From: an uncultured virus (IMG/VR IMGVR_UViG_3300011008_000092)
Lineage: Duplodnaviria; Heunggongvirae; Uroviricota; Caudoviricetes
Length of the DNA: 64,000 bases
Virus record (IMG/VR): IMGVR_UViG_3300011008_000092
Strand: one strand, 5' to 3'
The notes under the pieces were generated by a model, which was not told where the DNA came from, searched no databases, and worked only from the letters and a program-made list of their open reading frames with translations. Every line of letters begins with the position of its first letter. The first letter of the stretch is position 1. Below are positions 45,601-57,600 of the stretch, piece by piece. Both the position numbers and the translations under genes were made by a program.

Positions 45601-48600
45601 AACGTACTTCTTGTTTCCATCAGGAGTCCATCCGGCAAACAGCCTCTCTTCTACGTCCTCATCATCCAGCAGTTGCTCCTTCCACTTCTCATACTCCTCG
45701 GAAAGCCCCTCCTTTGATACACGGTAGCTGGCTTCGTTGTCAGTCCTGTACCAGTCGGGCTGCGAGTTCTGGCGACGTTTCTCGTCGCGCCAGTTTTCAT
45801 ATACAAAACTGTCGCCAGGGGCAAAAAACAGGCTGCCGTTCTCGTCGACTAAACCATCACGATAGCTTTCAACACGTGCATTGATATATTTGTCACGCTT
45901 CTCCTTGTCTTTGATGCCGCTGGCTAATTCCTTCGCCTTCTTCTCGTAGATACTGACCATCAAGTCAAGAAGGGCATCACGCTGTTCTTTTGTAGAGTCT
46001 GACGGCATGGTAGACTGTGGCTCACCGAAAATCCTGGTGATGGCATCAAACTCTTCCTTGCTGTGCGTGGTACGCTCCTGCATGACTTCCGGATTCAAGC
46101 CTTTCTGCTTCAGGAACAGGAAGTGCATACGGTCACCGTTGCCTTCTATCCAGTCGTTGATGACTCTTGCCATGTGTCTCTCCATCTCTGCGTCACCTCC
46201 GGCAGCTTCCTTGGCAATGGCCAAACGATGTTTTTCACCCTTCTTGGTCAGGAAACGCTCTATATGTGGATAGGTGGGAGTATATGCGTCTCCGGAATAG
46301 GTCCCTGCATTACGTCCCGTCTTGGAGTCTATCAGGCTGGCTCTCGGTATCAGGCTTATCTCGCCATAGTCATTGTGCATACCATTCTTGGTGTCTATAA
46401 CTGCCAGTGACGGATTAGCCAGACCACCCTGCTTAAGAGCTTTTCTCAACTTCTCTTCTGAGATATTATGCACTCCCATCAGGGTTTTCTGTACAACATC
46501 ACCTCTCTGAGCCATCGTGCCTGTTTCTTCTCCAACAGGATTCACACCTTCAAGGAGATCTCTCAACGGCATCCTGACAATACTCTGCCAGCTATTCGTG
46601 ACATTACCGATTGTTTTGCCTGTACTACCAAACAGACGCTTCACGGCTTCCCAGAAACGCCTCAACACGCTCTTCACCTGGTCAATGATAGCTTTGCTGC
46701 CTTTCTTCGTGGCTGCTGCTTTCATAAACTCTTCCTCACTGGTAGCACTACTCAGACGGGAAAGCACCTCACTGGCCATCTGATCATCATTCTCCCAGAT
46801 GCCCTTATAGTTCTTGTTCTTCTCTATCTGCTTCCACATATCGGTTTTCTTCATGGTGGAAACAATGGTTTTCCAAAGCTCAGGGTCGCTCTTCATGATG
46901 TACTTAGCCCATATATGGGTATATTCATGAACAGGAGTGTTGGGATTCAGTCCTGCCTCAGTCAAATATATCTGCTGTCCGTCTGTCCAGCCATATATCT
47001 TACCATTCTGTCCTTTCTGGAACATAGGCTGTCCCTGCATCACACTCTCCTTCATCTCAGGAGTAACATCAACTGACCACATGGTAAGTCCACGCTGCAC
47101 CTTTCCGCTTGTATTTGGTTCGCTAAGGTCTGGCAAATCAACTTCACCAACCTTCATTCCCCATTTCTTACCATACTTATTCATAAAGCGTGGAAGAATG
47201 TCATCGTAGAAGCCTTTCATACCATCAATACCGACACGAAGGTCTTCACCCTGATAGAAACCGCCGTCCTCTGAAAGGATTCTCTCAGCCATAGGCTTTC
47301 CCAAAATATCTGACAACGGCTTGTCATGAAGCTCAGGATGTTCCGTAGAGCTGACAATACCGTCTTTTGTTACAAACAACTCAATATTGCTACGGTCGCT
47401 GGTTATGATGGTGACATCATAACCGTCAACCTCAGACGGACTTTCAGCCTGATAGGAACTGACATTAACAGCATCCACAACCTGACCGAGGTTGTAGCGC
47501 TCACTCTGCTGTTCACCCTTAGTCCATGCTACAGCATCATAGCCGTTCTCGGCTGCATAACGGAGCATACGCTTCATAGCCAACTCGTGCCAGTTCTTCT
47601 CAAAGGGAGCTTCTGATGGCTGACGGTTAAAGGGGTCAACGGATGGCAGTTCAGCCTGTCTGCGCTCTTCTGATGCTTTTTCCAGTCTCTCTTTGGCTTT
47701 GTTGTAGGCTTCCAGATCTTCTGGGCTGAACTGTGCTTTCCACCTTTCACCCCCCTTATCGCCTGGCTCAAACAAGTCAGATGCCTGAACGAATGAATTA
47801 GGCTCACCATATTTGTCTGACAGTTCTTTATTGAGCTGCTTATTAGCACGTAAAGCTTCTCTGTACTCACTTTCAGCCTCATCATACCTCCTCTTCTGCT
47901 CGGCAGTGGGAATGGGCTTATATCCCTTCTCCCTGCCTTCCTGATGACGCTTGGATTGTATCTCGTCAATCACAAGCACCTTCTTATGGACTTTCACCTT
48001 GGTAGGCTCACCAGAAACAGGATGTTGTATCTCCTCACTGATATAGTCTGCATCTCCAAAGCGTATCCAGGCAATGGCTCTTCCACCTCCTGCATCACCA
48101 AAATGAATTTGGCCTCCCTCGTTCCAAGGTTCAATAGTGGGAACTGTCAGGGCAATCTCCTTCTTATTCTCAAGTCCATGAGTAGTGTAAGACAGTCTGG
48201 TGCTGTCAATAGGCATTTCAGGACTATTTTCAAATTCAAGGTAGTATGCTGCTGCCTGACTTAAATTGTCATCATAATCCAACGTTGGTTCAAGTCTGGC
48301 TTGCGTTCCTGTTCCAACTATATCAAAAGCTGACCGGAAATCTTCCCCATAACGCTCCTCCATCTTACTAAAGGCATAATCCACCCAATCAGAGGCGAAA
48401 ATGCTGTTAGTAGCCTCTGAGCCTTCCCACATCAAATCATTAAACTCCTGTTGGAAAGCATCCATTTTCTGCTGCGACTTCTCAGGAAGTCCTTCCATTT
48501 CTGAATAGTGGGTTTCCTCTATCTCTATCTGATTCTGGCGGATATAGTCCTCTATCTCCTGTCTGGTGACAGACTTCTTTCCTGATGCCTGCTGCTCCTT

Positions 48601-51600
48601 CATCCAATCAGACAGTCCAAGCCACTTATCTTCACCAGCTTTCAGTCCGCCATTCTTCTCAATCATCTTTAGCCACTGCTCTGGAGTGGCTTTCTCCTGC
48701 TTGATGCCTTCAACGGCTTTCAAAGCGTTGCTGATGAATATAGGTGTCTGCTCCTGTACTTCTGGTTCCTCAAACATAAATTGGATATGCTCCGTAATCT
48801 TGGCATCGTTCTCATTAAAGATGACATAGTTGGTGGCTCCGTCACCGTCTCCCATGATAGTGCCTGCAGGATACTTCACGCCCGTGAAGCCTGCTTCCGA
48901 CATCAGCTTGCTCACCTTCTCTGCATCCGCTAATCTGCCTCCAAAAGCTTGCAGTAGTCTGTCATGGATTTCCTTGTATGCAAGAGGCTCACGCTCTATA
49001 AGGTTGGCAATTGTCTGCCAACCTTCCTTGTAGTTGGCATACACAACGCTCTGCGCTGGCTTGCCATCAAGTTTTCTGACTGCATCGGCAATCTTCTTGC
49101 GTAATGGCTTTTTGATGGTGGTCATCCAGTCCAGATAGTTGCTGCCTGTATCTTCGGGAATATCCACCTTATACAGATTGGCGGGTTTCTTGGTAAAGTC
49201 CTCTGCATTCAACGACTCTACAAATGACTTCTCATCTTTATATCCTTGCAAATCCTTCAAGTCACCTTCTGATAAATCAGAAATATTCTCTTCAAGATTC
49301 TTGATGTCTGTATCTATGTCCTTTATCAGCCTTGCCCGGGCATCCTCGAAAGTCCTTCCATACTCCATCTGTCGCATGATGTCGGCAACCAATTCTTCGT
49401 CACGGTTGTACCGACCTTCTGGCATCTCACCCTTGCCTGCAAGCACTTCCTTCCTGGACTTGTTCTTATACTTCCATCCCTCACCGGACATATCAGCATA
49501 ATCCTCGCCTATCCTGCGACTGTTACTCAGGTAGGTTCCCCAGCCAAACATCTGACTGCCCTGACCTTCTCCCATGTGGCTATGGTCGAATACGGTAAAT
49601 ACAGCAGAACTGCCATGCCAACCTATCATCGGTTGAATCATCTCAGCAATCTGAGCTGCATTACTCAGTCCTCCTGCAACTTCATCGGGATAGCCCATAT
49701 CCACCATCGTGTACTTCTTGCCGTTACCTCTGTTCGCCCACTTGGTATGTTCCAGTGCAAGACGTTTCTTCTCAAAGTACTGAGGTACTGCATAGGGGTC
49801 TAAGGTGTTCACGACAGCATATCGCTTATGCCAGTCAGGACGGAACTTCTTTGCTCGGGTCACAATAGGCTCCTCATTGACTGCTGCATAAATGCTCATC
49901 ATCTGGTTAGCCTCTTCCTGGCTGACCACCTTATACTTCACGCCTGCATTGTCAAGAGCTGACAGAACAGCTTTTGTGGCTGCCTGCCTTACCTTGGCTT
50001 CTCGCTTTTCGGTATCCGTCGGACTCTTCGGTTCCATCTTGACAACAGAAGCAATTTCCCTCTCAGGAACAGGCTCACTGGCCATATCCTCGTACGGACG
50101 GAACATGTACTTACTACCTCCAAGGTCGAAACGCTCATCAAGTGGTACTACGTCACCTCGCCTGTTAGTCACAATCGGGTCTGCACTCTTCAATGTAGCT
50201 GCATGATGGGTGTCATCAACAGAACGTCCAAGACTTACCACAACTCCCCTGCCAAGTGCCTGAACACATGCCTCAGCGGTGTTACCTGTGTCCACTACAT
50301 TGTCAATGATGATAGGAAGCTTGCCTTCGGGTAACTGTCCTTCCATGCGGATGCCTAGGTCTGAGCTGCTGATGGCTGCTCCTGTCTCCTTCTTGGTGTC
50401 ATACTGACTGGCTCTCGGTGCACCTTTCAGTACATCGGCAACCTCACTGCCTGTCAATTCTCCAAGTACCTTGGCAACATCAAGCATGTCTGTTGCTTCT
50501 CCTGTATGCGATGGAACAGGAACCAGAACAGCATTCTCAGGTATCAGAGGCTTCATCATTTCAGCAACCTCACGGACTGCCTCAGCATCACGGCTCTTCA
50601 CACGTTTAGCCAAAGAACTGACGTTGCGGTATTTGTCAACGGCTACGAATGGGGTAATACCGTTACCTACCTCTTCCTTCAGTGCTTCCATGAAGATGGC
50701 AGAAGCTTTCTCCTTCTCACCCTTCTGAACGGCTTCCATATAGTCGTTGTTGCGACGTTCCAGCCAGTCCTCAACCTTGCGTCGTGGGTTCACTCCGTCA
50801 ACGAAGTCTTTCAGTACCTGGTCGTAAACCTGTGCTGCTGACTTGTAATTGATATGAAGGAAATCAGTAACCTGCTTCCAGAAGTCCTGTAGTGCCTTGC
50901 TGATATTCTTCCAGATATTTCCCCACTTGCTGGTATAGTTGCCGTCACGCTTTGACATACGTTCATACTCAGCCTTCAGACGCTCCTGACCTCGCTCGCC
51001 ACTGGCGGTTGCAATAACCCCCTCAACAAGTGCGTTCTCATCAGTAATCTCAGGATTGCGCTCCTGCACGAAACGCCAAGTGTCTGCATCTGCCTTGATA
51101 AGAGATACGACATTGTTCCAACTATCCGGATTCAACTTCCGCAAAGCTTCACTCCAAAGGTGTGCGTACTCATGGATAGGCAACTTGCCGTCAATCTTAC
51201 GTGGATCGAGATAGAGTTTGCCTCTGTAGGCGAAACCATAGGTCTTACCATCAGGGGTGTGCATACGCCTCAACTCTCCGTTCTCGCTCTGGTCATTCTC
51301 TGCCTGCTTGCGGATGCGACGATTCTCACGTACATCTGTGGTAACATCAATACCCATGTCCTGCAGGTGCTCTACAAGTGCGCCACCTGTCTCACGGTCT
51401 GTCAGCACATTCTCCAACTCTTCACGGCTGCGCTCACGACGGCTCTGCAACTCATCGTCAATGGCATCCATGTCGGCCTGCTGCTGCCGGATAGTCTCCT
51501 GTAGGGTGTTCCACTTCTCGCTTCCCTTCTCTATATTCGTTGTACCAAGGAGGAAACGGGCGGTGGAAGCTACAGAACTGCGCTTCTTACGGCTCTTCTG

Positions 51601-54600
51601 CAACTCATCATCGGTCATCGACTTGATGTCAGCAGGCTTCAACGTCGGTTCTTTCTTCTGTATGGCAGCCTCAGCTCTTGCCTGTACGACAGAGGCAGAT
51701 TGTTTCACCTGGTCCATAATGGAGTTCTGACGCTCCCTGATATTTGCCTTGACTTCCTCTATCGGGTCACTGATTGGGTTGTCATACTTCAGACGGAAAT
51801 AATCTGCATAGGGTTTCGTCTTACGGTCACTGTCAGAAAGCCATTTGTCAAAGCGGTCTTTGGGCACACCAAGCATCTGCATGACGTGCTTATCCCACCA
51901 GCCTGGCTCATAGTTGCGCTCGTAGGCTTTCTTGGCTTCTCCCCATGTAGGATAGCCGTACATCACCTTGTGCTCGTCAAAGGTGCCATCCTCATTCTTC
52001 TGGTCTACGATATATACCCTGCCCTTGAAATTGTCAAGGTCTGCATCGTCATTAATGAAGAAATCCATGTGGTCTCCGTCGGCACCGTATTTCTTACCGA
52101 TATAGCCATAGGTGTCCTTCATCTCAATACTCCAAGGCTTGCCGTTCTGATCCACACCACTGCGGACACTGCCCTTTGGGTTCTCGATAGACATCTTATA
52201 ACCTCCAAACTCAACATGACCCATCTTGTAGTTACCTGCCTTCTTCTGTGCCTCAGTAGGCTCGGTATTGGTGTCTGCCTTTGCAGTCTCCAACCTGTCT
52301 TTGAAAACTGCAGGTGTCTCTTTCCTGTAGTCGGCATTACGCCTCATGAACTCTTCGATAGTGCCACTCTTGCCCTTGGTGATAGGATTGATGTCAACTC
52401 GGATTCCTTCAATCGTCAATGGCTCATCGGTGCCAGAAAGCATGTTGAAAAGGTCATCCTCCCTTGCCTTACCCTTGTACTCCAACAGTACGTCAAGGTC
52501 ACTGTCATCATTGGCAGTGCCATTGGTCCTGGAGCCGATAATCTTCATATCAACAATCTCTGCATCGGCATCATTGTCCCCCCTGACAACATCAAAGTAA
52601 TCACGGACCTGATTCAATATCTCATCCTCACTGTAGGTTTCAAGTCCTTGAATGTTGGACTTCTTGCCTTTCTCTATTCCTCCCTGTGGTTGAACAGCCA
52701 AGCTTTCACCACTGCCAGCTGTGCCACTCTCAGGGGCAGACTGTTGGGGTTGCCCTGCTTCAATAGCTGGATGTCCATCATTGTCATGAGCTTGTGTTGC
52801 TGACAGATCTTCTTTGCCTTGATTGCTTCCTTCTGGAACTCCTGCGGTGACAGGCTTTTCATCCACTCGGTTGCTTGTGCCAGACGGTCTTTGCCCGTCG
52901 GCTGCTGGTTCGTTTCTTTCATATTCTGCTATTTCATTAAATGTTAATTCTTCATCGGCTGCCAACTGACGCATGGCATCCTCATAAGTCTCCCTGTCTC
53001 CTCCAAGGGATTCTATGTAGTCGGCAAAAGCTCCGTCAAGATAGGCAATCACCTCTGGTGTATATTCCTGCTCACTGACAGAAGGTATCCACTCACGGAT
53101 GGCATCGTTGTCAGGCATACCAAGCTCTGCCAGTTCTGCCTCTCGCTCCTCATACTCTTCCATTGCTCGTACATACTGCTCTGCCTCGGCTATACGGTTA
53201 TTGATAGTCAAATGGGAAATGTCTGACGGGGTTCTGGCGGTGGACAGCAAATCAATGATACCATTACGCAGGTCCTCCGTACTGTACATCTTGCCTCCTC
53301 CGTTCATGTCAGGCTGGGCTTCATACAGGTCATGAACGATTTCCTCTATGCCCTTGCCCTGTCCTTCGGCTGCCAGGTACATATTGAAGGCGTTGGTGCT
53401 CTTTCCTCTGCTGATACCTCGCTCCCATCCTGAGCCAAGCTCCTCACGCAAACCTCTCACATGGTGGTCGCCTCTGTCAAAGCCTTCCCAGTTGATAGTT
53501 CCTCTGCCAAGATTCTGAGAGATATACTCTGCAATATCCCTTGGCTCCATGTCATTGATGGCACTGATAGCCTGCGGGTCATCCTTATATATCTCACGGG
53601 CTATCCTGAGCTTATCCTGTGCACTTCTGGCTTTCGACATAGCTTCCATGCGCTGCTCCTGCGGGGTAGAAGGCTCGTTCCTGCCGTTACGCTCGTACAA
53701 TTCAGAGATACCTTCAACGATTTCTCTCATGTGGCTGGCTTCCCTGGTCAAAGCATCCTGATAGGCTTCAAGGTCTGTGACGGATTGCGAGATCTGTTTC
53801 AGCTCCTCTGGAGTCAGCTCTATACGTCCACTGATATAGTCATTCAATTGTCCGTTGAGTGCGTCTATCTGTGGCTGTACCTCGTCACGCTGTTTGTTCC
53901 TCAGTGCTATACGCTGGTCATTCATGAACTTCTCTGCATCAAAAGAGTCTTGGAAATGTCTCAGCAGGTAGTTGTTGGCGTTGCCTGTAGGAGTCAATCC
54001 AAAGTTCATGGTGCCATCCTCGTTCACTGCAATATGCTCGTCGTTCTGACCAAAGTTCCTGTTCTGTTCTGCTGGACGTAAACCTTTACGTGCCTGCGAA
54101 ACGTCACTTCTGCGCTCGGTCTCAAACTGCTGCACCTCTTCCTTGGTCATCAGATTGCTGCGCACATCAGCCCATCGTCTCTGACGGGCATCAAGGTCTT
54201 GCAGCTCTGCTTCCAGCTCTGCCTGACGCTGCTCCAACTGTTGTGCCTCATCAGTGTCAAGAATATCCTTACCGACTGACAGCTGACTGACAACACGGCT
54301 CAACTCCTGCTGGGCTTCCGTCTGACGGGTCTTAAGTTCGTCTTTCGACTGCTGAATGTCATTGATAACCTGTGGCTTCACCTCGGCTATTGTCTGCTCT
54401 TGCTGACGGCTGGCACCAAGCAGATACTCGGCTACAACTGCTGGGTCGCTGCCTTCTGCCGTGAAGTCGGGATTGCCTTCCTTCATGCCTACAATACCAT
54501 TGTTATAGCGTTCCGTGCGTTGCGCTATCTCTGCCTGACGGTCTGCCTCACGCTGCTGACGCTGGGCTTCCCTGAATTGGGCTGCCTCCTGCTGGAGCTG

Positions 54601-57600
54601 TGCTTCTATCTGTAGCTGGTCTGTGGCTTCCATCATGTTCAACACCTCTTCCTTGGTCATCTTCATGATGTTACCATCGCCATCAGATAGCTGGATGTCG
54701 CCATCAGGATAGAAGCCGTCAACAGTAAACGGCATCGTTTCACCTGCGATAGTAAGCTCTACCTGCTGACCTGCCTCTACATTATTGCCAAGGAGCCAGT
54801 TCATCACACGGTTGCCACTCTGTTCTGCAAGATCGGCACTCAGACGCTCTGCAAACTGACCTGCTGGCATAGCCGTGCCCTGTTCCTTTATCTTGCTGAC
54901 TGGCCAGTTCGTAGTCTTTGGCTGACCTGTCTCGTCGGTATAGGTGACAGTAACAGTACCGAACTTGTTAGCAAGGTCTCCTGACTTATGATAAGCCTGC
55001 TGGCCATTGTCAAGTGTTAAGGGAATAATCTCACCTGCCTCGTTCCTGTACGGCTCGATAGCTGCCTCATCCAGAGCTGCCTGCTGCTGATGGTGCTCTT
55101 CCATCGCTGCCTTGAAACCTTCTGCCTCGGCATAGGCATTGACATACTTCACGAAAGCATCCCTCTGCTGTGCTGTCATTGACTCTGTGTCAATAGACTC
55201 TAGGTTGCCAGTCTTGACAGCCTCATCTATCCTCATTGCCTCTTCGGAAGGGAAATAACGGAACATTCTGACATCTGCCATTTTCATCTCATGACCGATG
55301 GACTTGATAGTTGGCTGGTCCTGAGTATAGTAGGCATCCCTTCCTCTCTGACGGGAAGTTTCAATATCAAAGGAAGGTGCTGTGTATTTACTTTCTCCTC
55401 CACCATTGTCACCTTCAGTATCAGCAGGAGGCGGTGGTGTCTCTGCCACTGGCTCCTGTGGTACTTCACCTTCAATCATTCGGGAAGTATCTACTGGTTG
55501 CTGCACCGTTCCTTCTTGGGTCTGTGCTTCTGTCTCTGTCTGGCGTAACGCTTCGTGCTCCTGGATGCGCTGGAGCATCCTCTGACGATATTCACTGACA
55601 ATCTGCTGTTCCTGTTCTGTCCTGTATATGCCATTACCAATTTCTACTATTCCGTTTCCACCTGCCAACTCTTCTGCCTCAGCTTTGCTGTGACCGTACA
55701 TGGCTCGCTCTACTTCTCCTACATTGAGGTCGTACATGTCCTCTACCTCTGCTGCAACACGCTTTCCTGCGCCATTTTTTTGCTTATAGGCATTAAGACG
55801 ACTAAATGCTGCATTAAGAAGAGACTGCTCGCTTGGTGTCAATTCAGTTCCTTCGTTAGCCTTTTGCAGAATGGCAGGAATATTCTGAGCCATCGAAAGC
55901 AACTCTCGGTCCTCAGCTGTCAGTTTGTCTGGGTCTGATACTGCCTTTCTGCGAATGGCTTCATAGCTTTCTGTAAGCATATTACTCATGTCAGTGGCAG
56001 TCTCTAGCTCATCGAGGCGATTTTGAATAGCTTCTGTAGTATTCATGTCAGCTTGGAAGCCTAGCCTATTCTGTTCTGCCAATGCCTCCTCATAGCTTCT
56101 CATGGGCTTGCGCTCTATAACACCTCCTCGTTGGTTCAGTGTCTCGACATATATCTTGCTCCCATCCTCGACAATACGTGTACCTGTCACTGGAGAGAAT
56201 TGGGCTGGCATCTTGCCTTCAATGAGGTACATTACCTTGGCTTTCATCGTCTCGGGTGCCTCACTGGCCATAAAGGAACGGTATACTGCCGACAACTGCT
56301 GCATATTCTCTGCATCAATGGGCTCGGCATCATCTTTCACAATCTCTTTTCCTGTCTGAGCCTGAGGTGTGCGCTCGTCGTTCCTGAGTATGCTCTTTAG
56401 GAAACTGGGCTGCTCTGCACCTCTGTTCGCCATCCTCAGTGCAAGCTCTACAGGGTCATCAATACCCATATCACGAAGATATTGCTTCTCTTCAGGAGTA
56501 AACTTGAACTTCTGAGCCTGCCTTGCCTGCTCTACCTGTCCTTTCATACCAAACATGTGAGGAAGTTTAAGGAGTCCTAAGCTGGCTGCACTCTCAGCAT
56601 AAGCCTCGGCTGCACTCTCAGGAGTTATCTCAAAAGTGGGATCTGCCTCCTTCATGTCGTGAAGAGAGAAGCCTGCCATTACGCCTGCATCGTATCCGAA
56701 ACCTAACGCTCCTCGAATAAGTCCTTCCTTGACGGCACCTTGTGCAATTTTCTCTGGCACTGCTGCTACAGCTCCACCAACCATGAGCGTACCCATCGCT
56801 GCTCCCTTCTTCATTTCCTTCCAGGTCTCACCGATATAGTCATCAAGTTCTGGAGTAAATGCGCTTCCGTCGGGGTTGATGGGTTGACCAGCCTTATAGG
56901 TAAGGTCAACAGGTGTTCCAATTACTGGTTGCAGTCCGAATGTGGTAGCTCCATGTACGGCTGTAGAACCTATCTGAGCTGCACGGCCTGTGAGCGTATT
57001 ACTCATCACCATCTGTGCTGCACGTTCTGCCACACTTCGCTCCACACCTCTTCTGACGAGTCCGTTTGTGACAATCTTGGTGAGTCCACCTGTCATAAAC
57101 TTGGACAGTCCACCACCTGCTGCACCTGTAAGTGCGTACTCAGGCATATTCAAGCCGAATGTCAAAGCACCTGTTCCTACCTTCTCCCAGAAGCCAGGCT
57201 GATAGGATTGGGCTGCAAGGTCATCGAGATAGTTCTGGAAGGGGGTACTGGTAGCCATCCTCGTGAGCTTACCAAAGTCACTGTTTCGGATAGCATTCAG
57301 AACAATGTATTCTGCACTTGACTGTGGCATCCTCTTTTCCACAAGCTGCTGTATCATCCTCTGCTGCATCGTCTGAAGAGCATAACGGCCTGCATCGTTC
57401 AGATTCTCACCATCAGTGGTAAAGTAATCATCCTGAAGCATCTGCGCTGTCATCTGGTCAACGGCTGACTGAATGGCAAGTGACGGGTCGGAAATCTCAC
57501 TGGCTTCCCTCATCGTTGCCATGTCAGGACCTAAATAGCCATCAGGAGAAGTGGAAGGGGTATTCCTGCCTGCTGCATCCTTAAGATGCTGTCTGCCTGC